From contig JABLTI010000026.1 of the NCBI GenBank assembly GCA_013166835.1, positions 1 to 29,000 on the forward strand: DNA of 29,000 bases, in the 5' to 3' direction. Source of the DNA: Promethearchaeati archaeon. GTDB lineage: Archaea > Asgardarchaeota > Heimdallarchaeia > JABLTI01. The position numbers and the translations under genes were made by a program. Every line of letters starts with the position of its first letter. Position 1 is the stretch's first letter. Positions 8,894 through 17,075 of this stretch are shown here, in pieces. The notes under the pieces are model-generated. The model was given only the letters and a program-made list of their open reading frames with translations. It made no database searches and had not been told where the DNA came from.

Positions 8894-10846
8894 TTGGCGT
8901 TCCTGAAGCAAACTAAAGCATTTTCATTTTTCATTATCTTTATGCTAGTTTCACTTTCATTACAAGTTGATTCATATTGGAAAAATCCAGAAAGTCAAAA
9001 TGATGTTGTATATCCTAATACAGTCAAAAACTGGACTATGATGCTTTATTTTTGTGCTGATACACGATCTGATTATGTTACTTCTGATCTAAACAATTCT
9101 GGAAATGGTCTCTATATTGACATGCTTGGTACACTTAATTACCTTGATGATAATCTCCAAGCTGGATCTTCGGATTTCATCAATATAATCGCTTTATTTG
9201 ATTATCCTTGGACAGACTTTCATCCTTACGGTTATGCTGAAATGTATGAGATAACTTCAACTGGCAAAAATCGTATAGCTGAACTTGATCGTACAAATAT
9301 GGGTGATCCGCAAACACTAGAAGATTTCATTACTTTTTGTAAAACGAATTATCCTGCGAATTATTATTCACTATCACTTATTGACCATGGAAGAGGATAC
9401 GCTGGATTTTGCTATGATTATCACGCTACTCATCCTTATTGGGCGTATGCTTTAGGGGATTGTTTAACTGTTCAAGAAATTGACACGGTTCTTGGTAATA
9501 CGGGTGGTGTAGATATTTTATGTTTAGATACCTGCTCAGGCGGATCTTTTGAGGTTAGTTGGCAATTTATAGATGAGGTTGATTATCTTCTTGCAGGAGA
9601 ATCCATGCAATGGAATAATGCGCTGGTTCATTCAGTTGAGATGGCATATAATTTGAGCTGTAATGTTGGTTATACTCCTTTTCAGTTTGCTCAAAGTGCT
9701 TTTGATTGTGCTAAAAAAATACAAGTTTATCCTTGGAATAATGGTGGTCGTTGGAAATCGAATTCCTGGTATGATCTAACTCAGTTTGACGTTCTCGGGG
9801 CATCTCAAAATGTGATGGAAATTTTTAGCGATTTATCTGATTTACTCTTGGACGAGTTGAATCACAATTACACCACAAACAGAGAGCTATTTATTGAAAT
9901 TCGTAATATATCCACGCTAGATGAAAAGGCATTTAGTACGAAATCTATGATGGTGGATCTCTATGATTTTGTCAATAATTTATTGCCTTATTGTGATCAA
10001 TTTTATTATGGAGGTCCCATTGCAACCCTAGGATCTGAACTTTTAACTAAAATAACACCAAACACTGCTGCTATTGTACGGGGCGAAGCTCACGATTCGA
10101 GATATGATGGATTATATGGTTTTAGTGTTTGTTTTCCAGATTCATATGATATGTATCAAGGATATCTTTATCCTAATTTCTATGAAGGATTAGATATTTC
10201 TCTAAACACTAAATGGGATGATTTCATATTACGACTATTTCCACAATTAAATTTTAATATCAATCAATTTGAATTTTGGGAATTTCAGTTGAATCTTATC
10301 GATCCTTCTGTTGGTTTACATGTCTTCTTAGAACATGAAACTCTCATAAATCCCATACACATAGGATTAAATGAATTTGCGGATTTTGGTATGGGTGTAG
10401 AACTTGGCTTAGATGGAGCTGAATTTTATGATGATCTTTTATTTGGTAATTCCATGATTCGCATTCCTTCTGAAAGCTTGAATTCTTTTCTCATGAAAGC
10501 TCCTAGCCCAACTGAAATTACTTTCAAAGTGGTAGTTAATGCCACTGCAGCAGCTAGTGCTAGCCAGATGGTTAATTTAACAGTCAAGCATGTAAATAAT
10601 CAATCAGTGGTTTGGCAAGCAAATAAACTAAGCACCTTTGAAAGAGGGCAAACATTGATTTGTAAAGTTTCTACAAATGAAGAAATTACTGATTTCGAAA
10701 TCATTGATTCCCCATTTGATACTCCTAGAACAATTTTAGGATTACCTCTTAAATGGTTCATAGTCACAGTAGTTGGTTGTGTGGTACTATTAGCAATTAT
10801 ATTCACAATTACCTTTTATTTAAAAAAGAAAAAATCAAGAGTCTAG
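8894..10846 (+). CDS. Clostripain-family (C11) cysteine peptidase, secreted and C-terminally anchored
   Basis: Signal peptide, WTMMLYFCAD, NMGDPQTL, YPANYY.L.L.DHGRG (catalytic His), LDTC (catalytic Cys), C-terminal TM helix plus KKKK tail. Confidence 0.9.
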   Translation: MAFLKQTKAFSFFIIFMLVSLSLQVDSYWKNPESQNDVVYPNTVKNWTMMLYFCADTRSDYVTSDLNNSGNGLYIDMLGTLNYLDDNLQAGSSDFINIIALFDYPWTDFHPYGYAEMYEITSTGKNRIAELDRTNMGDPQTLEDFITFCKTNYPANYYSLSLIDHGRGYAGFCYDYHATHPYWAYALGDCLTVQEIDTVLGNTGGVDILCLDTCSGGSFEVSWQFIDEVDYLLAGESMQWNNALVHSVEMAYNLSCNVGYTPFQFAQSAFDCAKKIQVYPWNNGGRWKSNSWYDLTQFDVLGASQNVMEIFSDLSDLLLDELNHNYTTNRELFIEIRNISTLDEKAFSTKSMMVDLYDFVNNLLPYCDQFYYGGPIATLGSELLTKITPNTAAIVRGEAHDSRYDGLYGFSVCFPDSYDMYQGYLYPNFYEGLDISLNTKWDDFILRLFPQLNFNINQFEFWEFQLNLIDPSVGLHVFLEHETLINPIHIGLNEFADFGMGVELGLDGAEFYDDLLFGNSMIRIPSESLNSFLMKAPSPTEITFKVVVNATAAASASQMVNLTVKHVNNQSVVWQANKLSTFERGQTLICKVSTNEEITDFEIIDSPFDTPRTILGLPLKWFIVTVVGCVVLLAIIFTITFYLKKKKSRV

Positions 10847-12574
10847 ATCTATTACAATACTACCTGCTCTTACTAATTCAACTATTTTGTTTATGTCTGG
10901 ATAGATTATTCTATCATGAACTAATTTTGGAACGACTGATCTGATTGTTTTGTAGGCATTGTATGTTTGTTTTCCTAGTGCTTTTTCGTGAGGAATCTTT
11001 TGTATTTCGCACCTCAAATCTATTGCTTGCACTGCTAACATCATTTCGATGGCAAGAATGTATTGAAGGTTTTCAAGGATTTTCGCTGTTTTTCTTGCTG
11101 CAATTGGGCTCATACTTACATGATCTTCAGCTTCATCAGATGTTGGAATTGAATCTACAGATGCCGGGGCTGATAATACTTTGTTTTCTGATACTAACGC
11201 TGCTGCGGTGTATTGAGGCATCATAAAACCACTATTCAATCCTAATTCACTGCGTGGTATCAAAAAGAGACTTAATCCGTCGTTTCTTTTATCATCGATT
11301 AGTTTTGCGCATCGTCTCTCTGAAATATTGCCTACTTCAGCCATAGCGATTGATAAGTAATCCATAACCATAGCAATCGGTTCACCATGGAAATTACCAC
11401 CAGAGTAAATATCAAATTCTAACGGATCTTTTTTGGTGATAAAAATTAATGGATTATCAGTCGCGGCATTAATTTCTCGAGAAATCGTATCACAGCAATG
11501 TGCCAATGTTTCTCTTACTGGGCCCAATACTTGTGGAGTGCACCTTATAGAGTAGTCATCTTGTATTTTTGGCCACTGCTTTTCAAAATCAGCCTTTGAT
11601 CCACCACAATTTGGACAAATCCAATCATCTGGTAAATTGATAAATTCAGTATTAGGAGGTACATTTTGTGACGCATCACCCATTTTCCTATCATAGTAAT
11701 ACCCACAATTCTCTACTTCACATGTGAATAAACTTTCATGCTTTTTCACAAAGACGCTGCCTTTTGTATAGGACCGAAGGTTTTTAGCTACCTCTATTTG
11801 ACCAGGGTGAAATCGTGCTTGATGGATTCTATCGTCAAATTGTTGACTAGCTGCTTTGAGAGCTTCTAATGATAAGGCTGCAGCAATTTCTGCATTCTTG
11901 ATTAAATTACTTGCTTCGTGTAAAACTATACAGGCTATTCCTGCTGAATATTGAGCGCCATTATTTAGAGCTAAGCCTTCTTTGTATGATAATTTTGTAA
12001 TTGGAATCCCGGCTTTTTGCATGCCTTCTTTAGCATTGTATATTTTTCCCTCAAATTTCAGATTGTTTTCTCCTTCACCAATCATCGCCAAAACCATATG
12101 TGATAGTTGTGCTAAATCTCCACTTGCTCCAACAGATCCTTTTATTGGAATTATTGGTAAGACATTTTTGTTTATCATTTGAACTAGATTTTCTAAAGTT
12201 TTTAATTGGCAGCCAGAATATCCTTGTGCAAGTGCAGTCACCCTTAGAACCATCATAGCTTTGACGAAATCATCTCGAGCAGGTTCCCCAACCCCGACAC
12301 AGTGACTTCTTATCAAATTAGTTTGTAATTTAGTAGCATCTTTTTCAGGAATAACAATATCCCGCAATGCGCCAAAACCAGTAGTAATACCATAGATTTT
12401 TTCCCCTGATTCTACAGCTTTTTCAATAGCTTTTCGAGCTAAAATCACTTTTTCTTTCACATTTTCAGATAGCTTCAACTTGTAATCATTTTTCACAATG
12501 TGAACAACATCTTCCAATGAGAGTCCTTCATTATCAAGAATTACTGTTTCTGGCAAGAGCTTAATCCACTCCAA
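10835..12574 (-). CDS. hutH: Histidine ammonia-lyase, copy 2, with inserted rubredoxin domain
   Basis: YGITTGFG, NLIRSH, GSVGASGDL, IQDDYSIRCTPQ, GGNFHGEP, EDHVSM. In-frame rubredoxin at 11579..11728. Start could be TTG 12556. Confidence 0.93.
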   Translation of the reverse strand: MEWIKLLPETVILDNEGLSLEDVVHIVKNDYKLKLSENVKEKVILARKAIEKAVESGEKIYGITTGFGALRDIVIPEKDATKLQTNLIRSHCVGVGEPARDDFVKAMMVLRVTALAQGYSGCQLKTLENLVQMINKNVLPIIPIKGSVGASGDLAQLSHMVLAMIGEGENNLKFEGKIYNAKEGMQKAGIPITKLSYKEGLALNNGAQYSAGIACIVLHEASNLIKNAEIAAALSLEALKAASQQFDDRIHQARFHPGQIEVAKNLRSYTKGSVFVKKHESLFTCEVENCGYYYDRKMGDASQNVPPNTEFINLPDDWICPNCGGSKADFEKQWPKIQDDYSIRCTPQVLGPVRETLAHCCDTISREINAATDNPLIFITKKDPLEFDIYSGGNFHGEPIAMVMDYLSIAMAEVGNISERRCAKLIDDKRNDGLSLFLIPRSELGLNSGFMMPQYTAAALVSENKVLSAPASVDSIPTSDEAEDHVSMSPIAARKTAKILENLQYILAIEMMLAVQAIDLRCEIQKIPHEKALGKQTYNAYKTIRSVVPKLVHDRIIYPDINKIVELVRAGSIVIDLDS

Positions 12575-12725
12575 GGTTTTTTTTCCTTATTTGTATTGGT
12601 TTATTGCTATCATCATTTAAACATATTTTTTATTTGGAGTAAAATTACTGTTCTTGATTGCTATTAATGCAAAAAACAAAAAGAAATTGAGAGAAAAGAA
12701 CAATTTACTCTTGCTAATAAATCAA

Positions 12726-13043
12726 TTATTGTTTTTGTTTTAATCGTTTTCTTTTAATGAATTCCTTTCCTTTGAAATGTCGATAACATTTCAAATAGGG
12801 TGAAAAATTAGGAGGTATTACTTCTTTGATTTCCATGTCTTTTTCTGATATGATTTTTATTGTACTCGCTCTCTTATGTTTTTCTTCTATCTCCTCTTGA
12901 TATACCTCTTCAGCAAAAATTTCCTCTATAGATTCTTCTTCACTTGTGGTTGAACTCACTTCGTATGCAAATTCCAAAGGTTCTTCAGTATCTTTGGTAT
13001 CCGCTTTATTTTCACTTGTGGTCTCAACTTTCTTGTTTTTCAT
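12726..13043 (-). CDS. Small acidic, low-complexity hypothetical protein; last gene of the SMC/Ubl operon
   Basis: ATGA start/stop overlap with the E2 gene. Glu-rich N-terminal half, TIKIISE motif, basic C-terminus. Confidence 0.7.
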   Translation of the reverse strand: MKNKKVETTSENKADTKDTEEPLEFAYEVSSTTSEEESIEEIFAEEVYQEEIEEKHKRASTIKIISEKDMEIKEVIPPNFSPYLKCYRHFKGKEFIKRKRLKQKQ

Positions 13044-13795
13044 ATTATCCTCACTCCTCCTTTCTTTTCTTCCTCTTTCTCCTCTCGAGGTATGATCTTA
13101 ATAGTTGTTCCTTTATCCTCTGTGACTACTTTCTCTTCACCTTCAGAACCAATAATTCTAATACCACCACTTTCTTTCAAAGATACTTTCTCATGATTAG
13201 CATCCCATTTTGTTAGCATTAGTTTATGGATATTATCAGCGTCTTTCTCAAACCACCTCATTGCAATGGTATTCGTTCCTGAGTCTTCTTTCGGAAAGAG
13301 CTTTGGGGGGCGTATTCTTCTTGGATCCATGAGAATGTGATAAAGAATATCAATGAGTATTCTATCTACTTCCCCATTCACAGTTATACAAGCTTCACCG
13401 TTGCTACCTGTAGATATTCTTGGATGCCATAACCTTGTTATAGCCCTCATTTTGATATGGGAGAGATTTGCTGGATATTCTCGAGGAAGAAAAATTGAGA
13501 ATTTATGATCGTTACTCATATTTAATTGCTTTCTGTTTGCTGATTGTCCTACTAAACCGGGGGTTCTCCTCATTGTGAAGAGGATATCTCGATAAGCACT
13601 ATCTTTGTATTTTCCCTTTATTTCTACAGTGTAATCTTCCTGAACCCATTTGTCCCCTGTGCGTTTTTGTGGTACCCACTTCCACCCTTTCTTTTTGAAG
13701 AAATCTTCCATTGATTCATAGAAAACTGAAATTGATTCAGCTATTCTAGCATTTACTACTGTAGCTGGAAAATATGTTCTCGCTATTTTTTTCAC
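13040..13795 (-). CDS. Ubiquitin-conjugating enzyme E2 (UBC fold) with C-terminal tail
   Basis: FSIFLPREYPA...ITRLWHPRIS...GEAC matches the UBC signature (F-x-YP, HP(N)I, G-x-x-C active Cys). Adjacent to the Ubl and E1 genes. Confidence 0.82.
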   Translation of the reverse strand: MKKIARTYFPATVVNARIAESISVFYESMEDFFKKKGWKWVPQKRTGDKWVQEDYTVEIKGKYKDSAYRDILFTMRRTPGLVGQSANRKQLNMSNDHKFSIFLPREYPANLSHIKMRAITRLWHPRISTGSNGEACITVNGEVDRILIDILYHILMDPRRIRPPKLFPKEDSGTNTIAMRWFEKDADNIHKLMLTKWDANHEKVSLKESGGIRIIGSEGEEKVVTEDKGTTIKIIPREEKEEEKKGGVRII

Positions 13796-13832
13796 CTTCG
13801 TTTTACATTTAGTCTTAACTGAAAGAAGAGAT

Positions 13833-13869
13833 GTTGAAATTACTATCCGAATTGATAGTGAATTCCAAC
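13833..13869 (-). promoter_or_regulatory. Intra-operon stem-loop downstream of the Ubl gene
   Basis: GTTGGAATT-C-ACTATC-aattcg-GATAGT-AATTTCAAC: about 15-bp stem with one bulge and one G-U pair. Confidence 0.5.
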
Positions 13870-13888
13870 CCGTTCAATCTAACAGTTT

Positions 13889-14200
13889 TTATCCTACTTG
13901 AGCACAAGCGTCTAACTTGAAACGTTCATTTGATTCCAATGCTGGTTCAAGCGAACCAAAGGTTGCAGCAGGTGGCAATGCTGTGTTACCAGTCATTTTT
14001 CTCATCATGATAAAACTAACATTGGGTTGCCCGACCTTTTCCTTAGCCCACTTATTGATATCGACACCTTCATCGATGCATCTTTGTACCAAAGTTTTTA
14101 CAACTTCATCTATTGTTGATTCTTCCTCAACAGCTACACGAAATTCTTTTTGTCTTGGCTCAACATCTATAATGACTTCACGCCATATTTCTTCGCTCAT
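13889..14200 (-). CDS. Ubiquitin-like (beta-grasp) modifier with C-terminal Val-Gly
   Basis: Beta-beta-alpha start (EVIIDV..KEFRVAVEEESTIDEVVKTL). FIMMRK..GNTALPPAATFGSL..LESNERFKL parallels ubiquitin [27 protein letters not shown]. Ends AQVG-stop and lies between E1 and E2. ATG 14200 or GTG 14212. Confidence 0.75.
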   Translation of the reverse strand: MSEEIWREVIIDVEPRQKEFRVAVEEESTIDEVVKTLVQRCIDEGVDINKWAKEKVGQPNVSFIMMRKMTGNTALPPAATFGSLEPALESNERFKLDACAQVG

Positions 14201-14279
14201 TGTTTTGTTCACACCTAAGTTATATTGCTGTTTGATGCTTTCTCAGCATCTTTAGTACTCCATCAGGCTTCTGATGGGG

Positions 14280-15221
14280 TTACCGATCTGAGATTTTATT
14301 TGCCTTTCTTCTTGCCCTACACGTTACATCTACACATTTGGGATTTGGCATAATGTTCGCGAATATCATTTCATGATCACGTAAATCATACCTAATCATT
14401 TTACCGAAATTAGGTTCTTGACCTTTGGTAACATCTGAGTATCCGCCTTTTCCGTCACTACTTACCAATACTTTTGTTGCTTCCACAGACATAATTCCTC
14501 CAACGATTGAAGTTAAAGTGCTAATCATTGGAAATTTTGGCAGTGTTTCCACAAAGAATTCATCACAACTCAGAACCACTTGATGATTCATAATTGCTTG
14601 ATAGTAATCTTCACTCCATAAACACACAGCACAAGCAGTAATTCCCGGATGATAGATTTGGGCTTCTATGAAGGACTTACCCATTGCACCATTAATCATA
14701 GGGACTGTTTTTTCTTGCATTAAATTACCATAATTTAACATGTATCTTGCATAATCATTATCTAATGCCATTATGATTAAATCAACTTGATACACTTCTT
14801 GTGGTGCGTCCTCTATTCGCACTTCATATGGGGTTACTTTTGTGTTAGGAGCTATTTCTGGTAATCTTTCAGCTACTGCATTTACTTTTGAAATGTTCTT
14901 ATGGTCACCTGGTCTGAAGAAAATGCATCTGTTTATGTTAGATTTATTTACAATATCAAAATCAACGAGCTTGATATGTCCTACACCTAGCATTCCCAGG
15001 TTTTTACAAATTTCATTTCCTACAGCTCCGGCTCCTACGCATAAGATAGTACTATTCTTTATTTTTTCTAGATTCGCTTTGCCAAAGTATCTTCTTGTCC
15101 TATCTTCAATATCCTCTTCAAAGAAACCAACACTTAGTAACTCTTTTTCTTTTATAGAACCATGGGATGAATTATCCGATTGGTGAGTACTTTTTTTCTG
15201 TGTTGATTCTCCATCTGGCAA
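14280..15221 (-). CDS. E1-like activating enzyme (ThiF/MoeB/E1 family)
   Basis: VGAGAVG nucleotide-binding motif, DFDIVNKSNINR, ALDN..AR, Zn ligands CAVC and CVDVTC, candidate catalytic Cys in VLSCDE. Confidence 0.93.
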   Translation of the reverse strand: MPDGESTQKKSTHQSDNSSHGSIKEKELLSVGFFEEDIEDRTRRYFGKANLEKIKNSTILCVGAGAVGNEICKNLGMLGVGHIKLVDFDIVNKSNINRCIFFRPGDHKNISKVNAVAERLPEIAPNTKVTPYEVRIEDAPQEVYQVDLIIMALDNDYARYMLNYGNLMQEKTVPMINGAMGKSFIEAQIYHPGITACAVCLWSEDYYQAIMNHQVVLSCDEFFVETLPKFPMISTLTSIVGGIMSVEATKVLVSSDGKGGYSDVTKGQEPNFGKMIRYDLRDHEMIFANIMPNPKCVDVTCRARRKANKISDR

Positions 15222-15238
15222 ATTATCACTTCAGTTAT

Positions 15239-15901
15239 TCATTTTACAGTATATTCGATCCAGTCTACCTCTTTGAGATCTTTTTCGCCATTCTCATTAA
15301 CAACAATATAGGATTTGTAATAATTAGATCTAGGATCAATTAAGACAAACACATTATGTTCAGCATCGTAAGGAAAGTTTAGAAATGTGTTATAATCAGT
15401 CGATGAGAAATGTGGATTGGATCCAAACGGATGAGAATGAAAAATACCGACTATTTTTGGTCGTTCTTCACTTCCACCATACTTTTCTTCTATAATAGTT
15501 GTATATTGTCTAACGCCTTCTGGGGTAAATTCCGCATAAGCATGACTTGAATATGCTTTTCCTGTGACCCAGTCAACAACTTTAACGTACTTCTTTCCTT
15601 TGTATAGATATTTGTACCCAAGTAATATCCCAATTGCTTCATTTGGGTCTGATTTCTTACATAATAGAAATGTTTCGTAAACGACTCTTTGTAAAATATA
15701 AACAGGATAAATGTCTTCTTCTTCTGGATTCCCTATTAATTCTTCTGTTTTTGATTTCTCAGTAATCGTTTTCTCTTGTATCAATTCTTCTTTTCTTTTA
15801 CTTCTTTTTGGAGTTCCTTCAGGCTCTCCTAATAATTTACCAAGATGATTCTTCGGGGTTTCTTTTTGGGAGTCCTTCTTATCTTTCTTCATGTTATCCA
15901 C
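15239..15901 (-). CDS. JAB1/MPN+ (JAMM) metallo-isopeptidase
   Basis: EAIGILLG ... VGIFHSHP....FSSTD is an intact E-HxH-S-D JAMM motif; VLIDP follows. Confidence 0.92.
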   Translation of the reverse strand: MDNMKKDKKDSQKETPKNHLGKLLGEPEGTPKRSKRKEELIQEKTITEKSKTEELIGNPEEEDIYPVYILQRVVYETFLLCKKSDPNEAIGILLGYKYLYKGKKYVKVVDWVTGKAYSSHAYAEFTPEGVRQYTTIIEEKYGGSEERPKIVGIFHSHPFGSNPHFSSTDYNTFLNFPYDAEHNVFVLIDPRSNYYKSYIVVNENGEKDLKEVDWIEYTVK

Positions 15902-15917
15902 TCATTCTTCTGTTCAC

Positions 15918-16403
15918 TTACCCAATTTTTTCCCATGTGATGAACTTACCTCGCCTTCTCTTTGTCATTACGAAACCAAAGGAAGACCAGATTTCTTCTT
16001 GGATTTTGGGAGGTTCGAGACTTAGCTCATCGTCTTTATCCTCTTCTTCTGCTTTCTTCTCCACAGCAGCGTAAAAAGGCATGAAGCCCATTTGTTCATC
16101 TTCAAAGAACAATGTCTCTAACAAACCACCAGTTATTCCTTCTGACTTGTTGGATTCAACAAATAGCATGACTTCTTCAATTGGAATTGGTCCAGGACTT
16201 AATTGATGTCTATCAATTCCAAAGATGAAGGATGGACAAGCTCCCGCCATTTTCAAATCGAATTCCTGAATGCATTTTGGGCATATGAATGTTCTACAAA
16301 TTCGACACATTCGCCAACCAACATCAATAGCTTCCCTTAAGGTAGCACGACCATTATGTCCTGCACAACGAATTGATACTGTTGAAGTTGTTATTACAGC
16401 CAT
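15918..16403 (-). CDS. RING-like zinc-finger protein (candidate E3, Nse1-RING-like)
   Basis: CAGH...GWRMCRICRTFICPKC..F.....CP...H gives eight potential ligands in RING-like spacing. Sits between the KITE and JAMM genes. Confidence 0.6.
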   Translation of the reverse strand: MAVITTSTVSIRCAGHNGRATLREAIDVGWRMCRICRTFICPKCIQEFDLKMAGACPSFIFGIDRHQLSPGPIPIEEVMLFVESNKSEGITGGLLETLFFEDEQMGFMPFYAAVEKKAEEEDKDDELSLEPPKIQEEIWSSFGFVMTKRRRGKFITWEKIG

Positions 16404-16427
16404 TTTCTGCTACCTTCTTTTTCTTTT

Positions 16428-17054
16428 TTAGAGCAACATTCCCTCAGTTCTATCGGCGATTTCCTTCCTTCTTTCTGGTGCAATCTCTATCTTCGTTCTA
16501 GCACCGTATCGTATCTTGTTCCCACCTCTCCTAATATAACCTGCAGAAACTAAGGTTCGTAAAATTCTTGTTAAGGAGTATTCTGAATAATAACCTCGTT
16601 TCACTAAACGATCGAAAAGGATGGTTGAAGTTATAGGAATTTCCTCTCGTCTTCGATGATCGGTAGTTTTCTCTATTAGATAAATTATTGTCCCAAGAAC
16701 AGCTTGTTCATCCAATGATAATTCGTTTGGAACAACATAGATAGATCGCAAGCAATACCAAACTTCATTATCAACTACATATGAAATTAATTCTAATCCA
16801 AGTCGCTTCACATTTCTTCCAAAATCTTCTAATAAAGTCTCAAGCTCGAGAAGTGTTAAACCTGTTTTATTTCTTAAATGCCTTTTAGATACCCCAAAAG
16901 CCAATGAGTCATTTTCCATACGTCGTCTGGAAGTTAAAGCAAGGAATAATTGAGGGTCAATCTCTCCGAAATCTTCCTCTAATTTTTCTCTTACGTTATT
17001 AATGGATCTTTTTTCAACTTGTTCTTCATCACTATTTGATTGATTTTCAATCAT
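16428..17054 (-). CDS. KITE-family tandem winged-helix protein (Nse1/Nse3-MAGE/ScpB-like)
   Basis: LGLEL...WYCL and E..VLGTII.LI...L..LVSAGYI....IRYGART.IE resemble Nse1/MAGE WH-A and WH-B (compare WGPRA..E). Size and position downstream of SMC and kleisin fit. Confidence 0.65.
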   Translation of the reverse strand: MIENQSNSDEEQVEKRSINNVREKLEEDFGEIDPQLFLALTSRRRMENDSLAFGVSKRHLRNKTGLTLLELETLLEDFGRNVKRLGLELISYVVDNEVWYCLRSIYVVPNELSLDEQAVLGTIIYLIEKTTDHRRREEIPITSTILFDRLVKRGYYSEYSLTRILRTLVSAGYIRRGGNKIRYGARTKIEIAPERRKEIADRTEGMLL

Positions 17055-17075
17055 TTTTCAACCTTCTATTAATCA

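Noticed and set aside
13889-15221. ThiS/MoaD-ThiF/MoeB sulfur-carrier pair
   Set aside because: No GG terminus, rhodanese or cofactor-biosynthesis genes. The E2, JAMM and RING-like neighbours indicate protein conjugation.
12726-15901. CBASS type II ancillary E1-E2/JAB module
   Set aside because: No CD-NTase or effector gene is present; E1 and E2 are separate and a Ubl is encoded.
15918-15950. C-terminal Gly (WEKIG) of the RING-like protein as a second conjugatable end
   Set aside because: No recognisable beta-grasp fold precedes it, and a single terminal Gly is weak evidence.
16404-16430. KITE and RING genes as one pseudogene broken by a stop
   Set aside because: Two in-frame stops (TAA, TAG) and a separate RBS-like sequence before the RING ATG indicate two genes.
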